Assembly (NCBI RefSeq): GCF_964355755.1
Contig: NC_092673.1
Span: forward strand, 11,008,948 to 11,072,947
Length of the DNA: 64,000 bases
Direction of reading: 5' to 3'
Source: Antedon mediterranea
Lineage: Eukaryota > Animalia > Echinodermata
Both the position numbers and the translations under genes were made by a program. Each line of letters begins with the position of its first letter. Within the stretch, counting starts at the first letter, position 1. Shown piece after piece: positions 1 through 12,792 of this stretch. Below the pieces are notes generated by a model that saw only the letters and a program-made list of their open reading frames with translations, ran no database searches and was not told the DNA's origin.

Positions 1-130
1 GACAATGCCTTAAAGGAAAGATTTGCAAGAGGAGTAAAGGATCAAGATGAAATGTAAAGATAAGCCATTCCAAGAGATGAGAGAGGAGACGGTAGAATTC
101 TTTAGGAATATTGAGAGATTAGGTTGTCAA
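1..130 (+). mobile_element. Possible degraded Gypsy gag fragment at the window edge
   Basis: Frameshifted translations LKERFARGVKD and FQEMREETVEFF loosely resemble the retrotransposon gag capsid C-terminus; short and weak. Confidence 0.3.
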
Positions 131-1079
131 TAACACAAAGCAGAGTGAGATGGAAGCATGGTCTAATGTCAGTAATATTTAAATGTTTGCTCGTACATTA
201 TATTATATTTTATGTCTTTCATCCCTGTTAATGGTGACACTGTAGGGTGATGAAAAAAAACAAAAAAACTAAATTGAAAGCTGAACTGAAGGCTGCTGTA
301 AAGGCACAGTTAAATCGCCAGGCTGAGAATGATGGCGTTGCCAGAGGGCTACAATGCAAACCTTTAACCTTCCACGGATGTTTATTTTCACTAGCGTCAT
401 TATAATTAGGCTGGCGCATTACTTTTAACGAGCGAGTGAGTTGTGACCCTGCCGAGAGAGAGAGAGAGAGACGAGGCCTGTCTGGCAGAGACAGATGAAA
501 ACCTTAATGCTTTACTATTTATGAGCGTGTTAACTCAACTAGCATTGTTTGATAAGAAACAAAGACAACTGTGTACCAGAGTGAAGTTGGCTCTTGATTG
601 TTTGGCTACTTGTAGTGGAGCATTGCAGGGGTGCTTTTTTCACAATTAATTATCCTTTTGTTCACATATTCACGAGTTTTGAAATTGTGTTCCAATAAAG
701 GTCTAAACAGTATACAGTCTTTGGTCTATTCCTTTGACGTATTTGTTTGACTCACGACACATAACTGATTGCTTTTATTGTGATATAAGTGTGAACTTCT
801 TAGGGTTCCATGGGAATGTCATGGATATTGTGATTAAGAATCCACCACCTTGATGACAACAAATTTGCTGTCATTGTAGCCACTAAATAAGCTGAGTTTG
901 AACAATAATATTGACCGCCATCTTGAATTTAAAACATAGAAACAAGTGTAATTGATAACAGTTGTTTGTTCCCTTAGAAAATACTATGTATTTTTGTCCT
1001 TCGTGTTAATGCATTGTCCCCCTGAAACAAATTTGTTTGTTGAATATGCCATTTTAATGTAATGTAACATAATAGTTAT

Positions 1080-1509
1080 TCAATTTGAGCAAAAATTTGA
1101 CCGAAAAAAGTATTACCTGAAAAAAACTGTAATTTAAAGCCCAAAAAATGTCAAAATTGGCTGCCAGGCAATGGGGTTTTGGTTGAATTTGACCATTTAT
1201 TTTGTTATTTTCTAAGTGAAAACATTTTTTTTTCTACAGAAATTTATTTATTAAAACTAAAAATGTAAAGGGGTGGGGTCAATACATGTTTAGTAAGTCC
1301 CATAATTTGTGTCACATGAACAACCATTTTCTCAATTTTAATATTATGTTAAATTTTTTTGCGCCGCGGCTCTAGCCAGCTATGTCCCAGGAGGACACAT
1401 TCATTAATAAGCTGTTTCATAGCGGTAGCTTTAGTATCTAATTTGGAAACTCGACTATAATTTATAGGTAGCTGCTGGACCCAAAAAACGTCTGGGAGAA
1501 GAGAGTCTA
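1080..1509. mobile_element. Terminal fragment of a DNA transposon, possibly Academ-type
   Basis: Ends in ...GAGAGTCTA (reverse complement TAGACTCTC), like the TAG terminus of the Academ at 30257. No partner end found; left boundary approximate. Confidence 0.3.
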
Positions 1510-1676
1510 TATGAAAGCCTTTGCTGATAATACAGTATTATTGAGATGTAGACGGAAATCTGTAAAATCTTGTTCAATAAATAAACTTCGTTTTTGCTGT
1601 CAACCAGGCCGGTATTATAATAAATCACTGTCAAATAATCATTCGATAATGGTCAAAACTTTATTTTGGCTCTGTC

Positions 1677-1839
1677 TGTCACATATCTATCTATATCAAA
1701 TATATGTGTGTATGACGTCACAGTCAGGAGTTCCCAGCATGAATAAAGTTACACTCTCCCTCATTGATCTCATTATAGTCGTCTGTCATTTTATTTCTTG
1801 CAACTAATAATTGCAATATATACGTTTAACAACGTCACA
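1677..1839 (+). repeat. 5' LTR (163 bp)
   Basis: Matches 9184-9353 except a 5-bp and a 2-bp indel; contains AATAAA. Confidence 0.96.
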
Positions 1840-1854
1840 TGGTGTCAGAAGTGG
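1840..1854 (+). promoter_or_regulatory. Primer binding site complementary to the tRNA-Leu 3' end
   Basis: TGGTGTCAGAAGTGG directly after the LTR; complement of the tRNA-Leu(CAA) end ...CCACTTCTGACACCA. Confidence 0.85.
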
Positions 1855-1882
1855 TGCATTTTATTGTATAAAATAATTTGCA

Positions 1883-2697
1883 ATGGAATCATTCAGGTTT
1901 AAGACCCCTGAAAGTTTTGATTTTGATGGACCAAGCATTTCCACGCAGTGGAAACGATGGAAGCAGCGCTTCGATTTATTCATGACAGCCACCGATTCAA
2001 ACGGCAAGGGCGATAAAACGAAAATAGCGATCCTGCTCACGGTGCTCGAAAAACGAGGGCTTGAAATTTTCAACAATTTTACATATGTTGAGGGTGAGTC
2101 AAAAGATAATTATGACAATGTATTAACCAAGTTTGAGAACTACTGTAAAAAGAGAGATCCAGTCATGGCCATGCGAGCCAAATTTTGGTCGTATCAACGA
2201 CCAGAAGGGCAAGGTTTAGATGAATACATGAACGATTTGAGAACAATGGCCGACGACTGCAAATTTCAGGACGTAAACGCAATTTTAAGAGATAAATTAT
2301 TTTTCGGGATCTCAGACGCAACAATGAAACTTAAGGTTATGGGAGATGATGGTAACGCATCTTTAGAGACTGTAGTCAAACGTATGCGTAATTATGAGAG
2401 TTCTAAGCGAGAATTGACACTGATAATGTCTGATAAAGCTAGTGTAAATGAAGTAAAGAAAAGCCACACACACACAGGCAGCATGAAGCACACACAACAG
2501 TACAGCGACAAGGCGCGTACACGTAACCATAGCGATTGCGAAGTTCACGCGAATTGTATGCGTAAAAATCCACCAAGGCAATGCCCAGCCTGGAACGAAC
2601 GCTGTAGAAAATGTAATCGCTTGGGACACTTCAGTAGATCGACATTGTGTCCAGGAGGCAGACAGAATGGTGTTGGTAGTAGTGGTAAGCGTAATTA
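1883..2697 (+). pseudogene. Gypsy gag, interrupted by a Helitron; the frame resumes at 5243
   Basis: WKRWKQRF, LRDKLFFGI and zinc knuckle CRKCNRLGHFSRSTLC. Joining 2697 to 5243 continues in frame (KRNYNFNPSK...FYID). Confidence 0.92.
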
Positions 2698-5242
2698 TCT
2701 ATATATAAATTTACGTAAGGGCAAAATTCGGTAAATCGCGCCTTACTTCTAGAATTTTCACTCGATGGTATGTAAAGTTGGTTCGTACTTTCGGTACTGA
2801 TTTTAACCGCCTGATGTAACCCTGTTTACTAATTAAATTGAGTTAGATAATTAGTTATTGACGATTAAAACGAATTTAGGTTCAAAGATTTGCCCCAAAT
2901 AGGGGTGTTTTCCGATCGTGGTATACACTGTCTAATGGATGTCCATCTTGAAAAATACCCGCCAAAAAAATGCGAGGAGGCTTCGCATTTTTCTATCTCC
3001 TCCTACGATAATTGTTTTTAATAGCTGAAAACCGGTTGAACAGCTAGAGTACACCATCATAATGTTGAAGACAGGCCGATTTTCTTTAAAAAATACTATT
3101 TTGATAGATTTAATATACGATTATACAAATGTATTGATTTGCGATGAATGGAACATCCCAATCTCTTAGTCTGCCAGAATTTGGTTTAACACAAGTACTG
3201 TAGGTAAATTTATGAGCCCTTGGTTTAACACATACGGTAGGTAAATATATGGGCCCTTTGAGAATAAACTTGCAATACTTTGACAATACTGTAAATACCT
3301 ATTAACTATTTTTTATTTGAATCGAACATTTCTTACTGTGAATGTTCGTACTGTTAGATGTAATATAAAAATATATACAAATAAACTTTATTACTGAGAC
3401 TGTGGATAGGCTCTACTGTTAGATATACAAATAAACTTTATACTGACAGTTCCTTCTCAACGTTTGTATTAATTAATAATTACCAAAAATATAAACGTCG
3501 TAGTGGTGTATCGTGACATGTACTTTAATATTTCAATCGATTATGACAGTGACAGTTTTAACAAAGTATTAAATCGCAAATGTTTTAGGCCTATTGTATT
3601 TAGAGGTATATTATTTATAGGCCTATAAAACATGAACAAAATATTTCGTTACTCAGTGGATAAAGAATATATTTAAAAATTGTTCCTCTTTGTACCTATC
3701 CGCTTTCCCATCCCTCAACCCTAATGTTACATAGCGAGGAGGCTTCGCATTTTCCTATCTCCTCCTACGATAATTGTTTTTAATAGCTGAAAACCGGTTG
3801 AACAGCTAGAGTACACCATCATAATGTTGAAGACAGGCCGATTTTCTTTTAAAAATACTATTTTGATAGATTGCTAGAGTACACCATCATAATGTTGAAG
3901 ACAGGCCGATTTTCTTTAAAAAATACTATTTTGATAGATTTAATATACGATTATACAAATGTATTGATTTGCGATGAATGGAACATCCAGTTTGGTTTAA
4001 CACAAGTACTGTAGGTAAATTTATGAGCCCTTGGTTTAACACATACGGTAGGTAAATATATGGGCCCTTTGAGAATAAACTTGCAATAGGTTCGGAAAAT
4101 GTTAAAAACCAATTTCTATTATTTGAATCGGTACACAGTTTCCATTTATTATATATTGATAATGAAACATGAAATATTCCTATTTATGTCCCTCGAGGTT
4201 CATTACAATTTATATTTAGTAGTCCCACGGACTTCATCTTAGCCACTCCCCCGAGTGCTAAGGCCAAATTTATGATACCCTACTTTCTATGTAAGTTTAG
4301 TTACAGTTAGTTTTTGACGATAATACAACGAATTTAGGTTACACCCTTCGGCCGCGAAAACGTTTCTGTACAAATATGATACCGATTGGCTTTATTTCAT
4401 TCAACAGCGACCATAATCTCGCCAATTACAGGATAGATAAACTATTTTATTATTGATGTGCTTATAAATTAAGACTCATGTAAACAGCTTGATTACATCA
4501 TTTTACAGACAAACGAAACTTTTTTAAACCTACTGTTTCAATAACTGAGTATAATACTGTATACGTTTTCATAAGTAAGTGCATATACATTTTCGTGTTT
4601 TCATTGACGAGATTGTAATAGTAACTTCAGTAACTATTACAGTACTTATTTATTATACGACACAAGACAATTGTATCTGACAGGTACGTACATTATTCTA
4701 AAAAATAAGTCTATAGATCCCTTAGGCGTCATAAATCACAGGCCAACAAATCAGTACTCATGACAGAAATTCGACCCAGTTTGGTTCACACAAATGTTTA
4801 CAGGAAGTTCAACACCACAACCGATGATTTGCCCTAAATATTTAGGTAGACTACAGTTTAATTTTTCACTGAATAGGAGCTTGAATTTCCGATTTCCATT
4901 TCGCAGAATGTCTAGGTCTATTTATTTAGTTTGGTTCTTATAATATATAAATACAATCAACTTTATTACTGCGGTTCCATCACCACCACCACGTGCCGCC
5001 GCCCAATTCCCGTACATACATTTCCATTTCTCCCTAATTTCTTTAATCCACATAAATTAATTGTCCTTTATGGAATCCAGTATTGGTTTTGTTGTCTCTA
5101 TTTCTGAATACCCCAATTAGGGGGACACTTCCGTTTTTGTTTAGTGTCCCAAAAAAGTCCCCGTCCGTGGATTCTACTGTATTCGAGAACCATCTGTGAG
5201 CACCCCTAGATGGTACGCGAGCGAAGCGAGCGTGCCATCTAG
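2698..5242 (+). mobile_element. Non-autonomous Helitron
   Basis: 5' TCTATATATAAA, 3' CTAG with GC-rich hairpin (5206-5242), inserted between host A and T with no TSD. Removal restores the gag frame. Confidence 0.9.
2972..4088 (+). repeat. Internal direct duplications in the Helitron
   Basis: A ~300-bp block starting GCGAGGAGGCTTCGCA at ~2972 recurs at ~3735, with a further partial copy from ~3873. Confidence 0.85.
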
Positions 5243-5373
5243 TAATTTTAATCCATCTAAGTTTAATAAGAAAATTGACAGTATCAATGCTAATGAATGT
5301 ACATCTGATAGTAAATACCTTGTAGAAGAAGACGATATGTCTTTAACATTTGGTAGTTTTTATATTGATATAT

Positions 5374-6686
5374 AGTGTTGGGAGAAACACTAATGACATG
5401 TGGTTGTATAAGATAAAGGTTAACAACACACATTTAATCAATGTCAAGGTAGATACAGGAGCGAATGTAAACTGCATTCCTAAGAGCTTATTTAAGAAAT
5501 TAGATATTAAGACGAAAGTCAATGAGAGTAAAGCCAAGTTGTATAGTTACAGTAACACTGTAATCCCACACTGTGGTGTGGTGAGTTTGAAGATTTCACG
5601 CAACGATGGCATGCAAACAAGTGCTCATGAATTTTTCATTACTGAGGTAGATAGTCCACCTATTCTTGGACTAAGTTCGAGCACAGCATTAGGCATCATT
5701 AACCGCAATGTAGATTCAATCAAAATGGATGATTTAATGAGTAAATACTCAAAGAATTTTGAGGGCCTGGGTTGCATGGGCGAACCATACAACATTAAGA
5801 TTAAAGAGGGCGCCGTACCGGTCGTGCATCCACCCCGGAGAGTACCAATAAGTTTACATGATAAATTAAGAAACAAATTAGACGAGATGGAACGCCAAGG
5901 CGTAATCTCACGCACTAATCAGCCCACTGACTGGGTGAGTAGTTTAGTAGTTGTAGAAAAGAAGGACGGTTCTCTTAGGCTATGCCTCGACCCTAAAGAT
6001 TTGAACAGGGAAATTAAAAGAGAGCATCACATGATTCCTACAACAGAGGATGTAATAAGTAAATTGTCAGGGCGTAAATTGTTCACGCACATAGATATGA
6101 AAGATGCATACTGGCAAATACCATTAACGGAGCACAGCACTGAGTTGTGCACCTTCAACACACCATTTGGGAGGTATTCATTTAACAGATTACCCTTTGG
6201 TCTATGTAGTGCCAGTGAGGTTGTTCAAAAGAGAAACGAACAAATATTTGGAGGTATTGATAATGTATTTGTAATTTCTGATGACATGATAATTGCTACC
6301 GATGACGATGAAAAGCATCATGATAATGTGATAGCCAAAGTCATGGAGCGTGCTAAAGATGAAAATGTAAAATTTAATAGAAATAAGATTAAGCTTAAAG
6401 AACATGAGTTGACATACTTAGGTCACATAATTAGTAGAGATGGTGTTAAGCCTGATAATTCTAAAGTAAAAGCAATTTATGATATGCCTACACCTTCTTG
6501 TAAGTCTGACCTGAGACGTTTAATGGAAATGATCAACTATCTGTCGCCATTTATTCCGAATATGTCTACCATCAGCGCTCCTATGAGAGAGTTATTAAAG
6601 AAGGAAGTAGCGTGGTCTTGGGAAGAACGCCACGACCAATCGCTAAAACATTTGCAGAGTTTGTTAAGCTCAGAGCCAGTACTTAA
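5374..6686 (+). pseudogene. Gypsy pol part 1: aspartic protease and reverse transcriptase
   Basis: KVDTGANVN, LRLCLDPKDLN, TPFGRYSFNRLPFGL, ISDDMII. Confidence 0.95.
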
Positions 6687-7312
6687 AGCCCCATTCCCTA
6701 CGTTTTTTAGATCTAATTTAAGATCACAAACTATATTTAATGTAAAAATAATACTATATGGTCCTATTGCGATAACTTTTTTCGTCTTTAAACGGTTAAA
6801 AATGTGAAAAATAAGTCGATTCTAATAATTATAGCGGCCCGCTATAAATCCCAAAATGCATTGCGCGCGGATTGATATTTTTGTTTTTCACCTGTAATTC
6901 GCCCACTTTTCGATCGATCGTGAGGCCAAAACAAATGGAAGACTCCTAACTTTTCAGCGAAAATACCGGGTTTTCCCCAATTTGTATCAACGGAGTCTGG
7001 CAAAAATAGAAAGACAATTAATGCAGCAACTATACAACGTCAGGCTAGGTATATAGCTCGCGTACGATGTTCGTACGTTACCGATGTTTACCAGCTAGGC
7101 CTACAAAACTAAGCCTAGCTAGGCTAGGCCTAAGACCGTCCACGAGAGGTCGATCGCCGCGAGCTACTTAGGTAGTGCATTGTTTCTCACTTTTTATCAT
7201 AATTTACCATAAAACGTACATTTAAGACAAGGAATGACATGGTTTAATGTTTTTAAAGTGATATATATGTATTATTTTCCAAAAAACGTCCAAAATTGCA
7301 GGGAAGGGGTCT
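6687..7312. mobile_element. Kolobok-type non-autonomous DNA transposon
   Basis: TTAA TSD (6683-6686, 7313-7316) and imperfect 16-bp TIRs starting AG. Removal restores EPVLKYFDP. Confidence 0.85.
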
Positions 7313-7316
7313 TTAA

Positions 7317-9039
7317 GTACTTTGATCCGAATAAAGAAGTAGTAATCCAATGTGACGCATCATCTTTTGGACTAGGAAGTGTTTTAATGCAAGATGGTCA
7401 CCCGATACGCTATAGTTCGCGATCACTAACGTCAGCCGAAATGAACTATTCTCAGATAGAAAAAGAAATGCTAGCTATTTGTTTTTCACTTGAAAGGTTT
7501 AACAACTATGTCTACGGACGTTCAGTTACGATCCAGTCTGATCACAAACCTCTTGAGTCAATTACAAAGAAACCAATTCACAAGGCGAGTCCCAGACTAC
7601 AGCAGATGATGCTACGACTATTAAAATATGATATAAATGTCACATATGTTCCAGGTCGTGAAATGTATATCGCAGACGCACTGAGCAGAGCGGTTCCGAT
7701 GGAAACTGTCACAAATGATCCTGAAATTCTACAATATCGTATACATGCCGTACATGAGCTGTTGAGTATGAGTAAAGCTAGAATAACGGAAATACAACAA
7801 GCGACTAACGAGGACGAGACACTAAAGGAACTATCGAAACAGTGCCATATTGGCTGGCCTGAGCGACGTCAGTCAGTCAGCGTAAAGATAAGACAATTTT
7901 GGCCGATGCGTGACGAAATTTATGAACACGAGGGACTAATGTTTATTGGGCAGAAATTGATAGTACCAGAAAGCAAGCGAGAATTCATGCTTAACCGCAT
8001 TCATGATGGTCATTTAGGAATAGAGAAATCCAAGGCCAGAGCCAGAGAGTTGTTGTACTGGCCCGGTATCACCAATGCTATTCATGACATGGTATCAAGA
8101 TGTACGACATGTGCGAAGTACAAAAGGAAAAATCAACGTGAACCAATGATACCTCACGAAATACCTGAAATACCCTTTTATAAAGTTGGGGCAGACATTT
8201 TCAACTTTGGAGGAAATGACCACTTAGTAGTTGTAGATTATTATTCAAAAGTCGTCATGCTACGCAACAAAACTGCCAAAGAAGTAATCGGCAGGCTAAA
8301 AACGATTTTCGCGAGACATGGCATTCCAGCAACATTTGTAAGCGACAACATGCCTTTCGCAAGTTTTGAAATGAAAGAGTTCGCTAAATCATGGGGGATA
8401 GAACTAATCACATCGAGCCCCACCTATGCACAAAGCAATGGTCAAGCTGAACGGTGCATACAGACAGTCAAGCAATTGTTAAGGAAAGCCGCTGATGACT
8501 TTCACGGAGACTTTCATTTAGCTTTACTCGCTTATCGAGATGCGCCATTGGGAGGTATCGGCAAATCTCCAGCACAGTTGCTGATGAACAGAAGGCTTAG
8601 AACACGAATTCCTATCGCACGCGAGCAACTTAAGCCAACACTGATTCCAGACGCACATAATTCGTTGATCGTTAGACAAGACAAACAGGCGGAATATTAC
8701 AATCGTGGAACGCGAACGCTACAATCACTGAAAGGAAACGAGATAGTCCGTCTCAACAAAGGCCGAGAATGGGTCCCCGCGAAAGTGTTATCTGAACATG
8801 TTACCCCGAGATCATATATGGTCGCTACACAAAACGGACAAGTGTACAGACGCAATCGCCGACAATTAAATCAATCACATGAAGAAGATATTAATGTTGA
8901 AGGGGAAGTGGATGAAACTCCTATCGAAACTCCGCCGAGGACACCTGATCCTCAAAAGGAAGAGGTAGTAATCACCAGACCAAAGCGAAATAGACGTGTA
9001 CCCAAACGTTTCGATGACCTCATAATGGACAAATACTAA
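7317..9039 (+). pseudogene. Gypsy pol part 2: RNase H and integrase
   Basis: QCDASSFGLG, YSQIEKEMLA, SDHKPL, HHCC (HDGHLG...CTTC), DDE core (GADIF, SDN, SNGQAER). Confidence 0.95.
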
Positions 9040-9169
9040 TTAAAAGACTCATTGTTCATAATTTCTCTGCCAGATATCCATGTTTTATTATACCCAAATG
9101 TTTACATCATCATAGTTTAATTGTTTCATTAAGAGTTTGATATTTTGATTACGATTGTTGTTAATGTTT

Positions 9170-9183
9170 AAGAAAAAGGGAGA
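9170..9183 (+). promoter_or_regulatory. Polypurine tract
   Basis: AAGAAAAAGGGAGA immediately before the 3' LTR. Confidence 0.9.
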
Positions 9184-9353
9184 TGTCACATATCTATCTA
9201 TATCAAATATATGTGTGTATGACGTCACAGTCAGGAGTTCCCAGCATGCTTTGAATAAAGTTACACTCTCCCTCATTGATCTCATTATAGTCGTCTGTCA
9301 TTTTATTTCTTGCAACTATAATAATTGCAATATATACGTTTAACAACGTCACA
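9184..9353 (+). repeat. 3' LTR (170 bp)
   Basis: Near-identical to 1677-1839 and followed by TSD CTGTC. Confidence 0.96.
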
Positions 9354-9894
9354 CTGTCAACATAAAGGGAGGTATTTACAATAACTTTCTTTTGACTGTC
9401 AATCTAGGCCAATGTTATAATAATACTAGTCCTGGTAAATTTTTTTTTGGTTATCAGATGCCGTGTTGGGGGGGGGGGGGGTCCAATCAATTATCGTCAG
9501 AAGGTGAACAATCAGTCTAGGTAGCAGCAGCAGATTATTAGGAACGCCTGCTTCATTAATTAATCTAGAAAAAGGTTTGTACATTATCTATTTGTTTATT
9601 AGCCTTCTCCTAACACAATTATATTTTCTTTAAAAAAAGGTTTTATAAGTGGTTTCAACATTTATGATAGTAATGTCACAGTTCTGTGTCTGGACGCAAC
9701 TTCATAGACCTACTAGTTATATTATTCATATTAACTGATACTTACTCTTCATTTACCGTAAAGTTCAGTTTTAATGAAATATAATAATATAAATTGGCTT
9801 CGTAACAATTAATTAGTGTTGAAAAGGTTAGTTTTTTGGTGATAGGTAAAAATGACATGTAACTTCGTAATCAATTTATTTTTTTTTGTATAAA

Positions 9895-10252
9895 GGCCCA
9901 ATTACACTATGACGATAACGACGGACGATAAATATATAGCATGCATTTTTTTTACATAAACCAAAGAAATTAGAAAGGTTTTCGTTCTAGACCTATAGGA
10001 TAATCATTTATGCTGTCTTTGATAAAAATAATGTTTTTCAAATTCCAATCAAATGACGTCATGATAAATAAAAACAATAAAATCGCTGTATTGTCACGAT
10101 ATTATTGGTCTTACTAATCATGACGTCATTTGATTGGACGTGTGAAAATATAATTTTCATCAAAGGAATTGTTTATATTTCTTTTGGTTTATGTATTAAA
10201 AATGCACATTTGTCTATTTATCGTCGATCGTTATCGTCCTAGTGTATGGGCC
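9895..10252. mobile_element. Fold-back MITE, PIF/Harbinger-like termini
   Basis: GGCCCA.TTACACTA.GACGATAACGA at the left and its inverse at the right; internal inverted segments (ATGACGTCATGAT). Confidence 0.75.
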
Positions 10253-10490
10253 TTATGCTGTAAATGTTCAATTAATTGATCATTCCGATTTTATTAGTTG
10301 GACTCTTGCACAGTTGCTGTCTAATCGTTGTTGTGTAATATCATTTCGAACCATATTAAAATCATAAAGAGATTCATATTCCTTAACATATGTGGCTGTG
10401 CATGGAAGTCCGGTCTACAAAAACTCGGGCCCGGGATCATTGTTATTGGGCCTGAAAGTGTTGGTGAATTCATAATTATACTTAATATTA

Positions 10491-10494
<4 letters not shown>

Positions 10495-10523
<29 letters not shown>
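10495..10523. repeat. (TA)n microsatellite
   Basis: Read directly. Confidence 0.9.
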
Positions 10524-10531
<8 letters not shown>

Positions 10532-10584
10532 GTTATTATACAATTTAAAGCAAAACCCGTTGAATCTCAAATCATTAGGACTAG

Positions 10585-11665
10585 AAATTTGGCTTATCAA
10601 TCAAATAAATACTTTCGTTCAAAATGAAACTCCAACCTCTCTAAAAGATTGAACTCGAAAACGGACCGTTTTTTTTAATTGGGTATGTTGAAACATTTCA
10701 ATATTCATTTAAAAAAGTACATTAATTATGGTATTGATCAGTGGCTATAGAGGCGTAAAAACCCTCGGTCAATATCATGTAAAATGCACTGTGGAAGGGT
10801 CATTATTAAGACTGCAAAATTGGGCTTATCAACAAATAAATACTTTCGTTCAAAATGTAAAATCAAGGCTGAAAAATTGGGCTTATCAACAACAAAATAT
10901 TTTATTATTAGACGCGATAATATCAAGGATAATCAGTATAATTATTAATATAGCCACTGTTACCAGTTTTATTCTACATGCTAAAGTAAATAAAAATCCA
11001 CTAGAAAACAAACAAGTCTGAATGTTATGCTTATTAGCCATGTTATGTTTGTTACTGTATGCCTATGGTTGTTTGCAATGTCCACATATTATTTCCGTGG
11101 GCATATCCATAGTGTATCACTCACAAAAAAGACGTGTGAGGTTCTTTCTTTAGATTTTGAAGAATGATTTGTGTTACAGGTTGACACATGAGTCAAATGC
11201 TCAAGATATCGGCTAACGCCATGGGACCCTTGGCTTATCAATGAATAATAAATACAGTACTACTTTTGTTCAATTGAAATCGGAATCTGACCGTTTCATT
11301 AAATTGGGTGTGATTAGGCCTAAACATATAATAATTTATTAAAAAGGTACAATAAAAACAAATGCATCAGAGGCGTAGAACCCACGGTCAATATCATGTA
11401 AAATGTATATGGTATAAGCACTGTGGAAGGGGTCATTATTATTAAACTGGAAATTCGGCTTATCAACAAATAAATACTTTCGTTTAAAATGTAAAATAAG
11501 ACTGCAAAATTGGGCTTATCAACAAATAAATACTTTCGTTCAAAATGTAAAATAAGACTGCACAATTGGGCTTATCAACAAATAAAATACTTTTTTTTCA
11601 AAATGTAAAATTAAGACTGGAAAATTGGGCTTATAAACAAATAAATACTTTTTTTCAAAATGTAA
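10585..11665 (+). repeat. ~44-bp tandem and dispersed repeat clusters within larger duplicated blocks
   Basis: Unit AAATTGGGCTTATCAACAAATAAATACTTTCGTTCAAAATGTAA at ~10586, ~10817-10895 and ~11450-11665. Confidence 0.85.
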
Positions 11666-11691
11666 GAAAACATTTTTTAAATATAATCCTT

Positions 11692-11842
11692 AAGCTCTGT
11701 CTATACTATCAAACTAAATATGATGTGCCCATATTATATAGACATGACGATGTCCACTACGATATTCGGGCATATCACTACCATATTTGGGCACATCACA
11801 CTTTTTTTGTTAAACTAGTTGGGACAGTGTAGACACAGAACT
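11692..11842. mobile_element. Small palindromic MITE
   Basis: Imperfect TIR AGCTCTGTCTATACTATCAAACTA / TAGTTGGGACAGTGTAGACACAGAACT; inner GTGCCC/GGGCAC inverse. Confidence 0.5.
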
Positions 11843-12792
11843 ATGTGATCGAAACATAAGTCGGAATTGGACTGACGCGATTGATTTAATTGGGTATTTT
11901 TATTAATGTAATGATTCATTAAAAACTATAATACCGATACGCGTTTGGTATTGATCAATGGTGCAAAAAACCCTGAGAAATAATGGTATAACGCGATTTG
12001 GTGATAGCTTAGCAATAATACAACCCATATACTATTATTATAAATACCTATTACAAATCCATTCATATAACTTTTCATCGCGAACCGAAAATGTATAAAT
12101 GTTATTCTATAGACAGTAATTATATATTCAAAAGCCATATTATTATTATTATCAATACCTAAATGCGATATTAATAACCACATAAACATAAATTATTCCC
12201 AATACAAGTTTGTGCGTTTAATTCTAGAAAGAAACGACTGTGCTGACAGGCCAATGACATAAATCACAAGTAAAGTCGCAATTGTTCACTTGCGTTTTGA
12301 TTGGCTGACCTATTATATTAGATTAGAAGACTGTCCAGTCAAAAAGTTACGCGGCGTTTTTTGTAAGAAATATTTCTTGTTTATTCTTTCTTTTGCCCAA
12401 AAATGGAAAATGAAGTGTTTCTTCAAAATAACTGCAAATTTATGCAGAATACAGGTCAAATAACAATTGAAGTGACAGGTTCCTATCTCTATGTGAAATC
12501 TCATGAGGTAGATTTTGCTATTTTGCACAATTTACGGCGACAGCTGTATGACGAGCGCTCACGGCGATATCGTAAACCTTGTGCATCCCTAATATGTTGT
12601 CAAAATATGGTATTAACACAACACCACAATGTGTAATTCATCTGGGCCATCGCTTTTAACTTTAGCATTGTTTTTGTCATAAAGTCAAATAAAAACTCTT
12701 TTATTATATTTTTTTTAATGTAAACCACAAGAAATACTGGTACTGTAGTACTGATTTATATTATCATTTTTTATAATTACTGTTATTTTTAG

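Larger units (their letters stand above)
1677..9353 (+). mobile_element. Full-length Gypsy (Mag-like) LTR retrotransposon carrying two nested insertions
   Basis: Two LTRs (TGT...ACA), 5-bp TSD CTGTC at 1672-1676 and 9354-9358, PBS, PPT, and gag-PR-RT-RNaseH-IN order. Confidence 0.97.

Noticed and set aside
10585-11665. CRISPR-like regularly spaced repeats
   Set aside because: Head-to-tail units without unique spacers, no cas genes, eukaryotic context.
11880-12658. Kolobok-like element ending in TTAA
   Set aside because: Only one candidate end; no matching TIR or TSD found.
1-12792. Upstream PIGK exons or promoter
   Set aside because: No sequence encoding the expected preceding motif (LADDMACNPRN) was found; these exons probably lie before the window.
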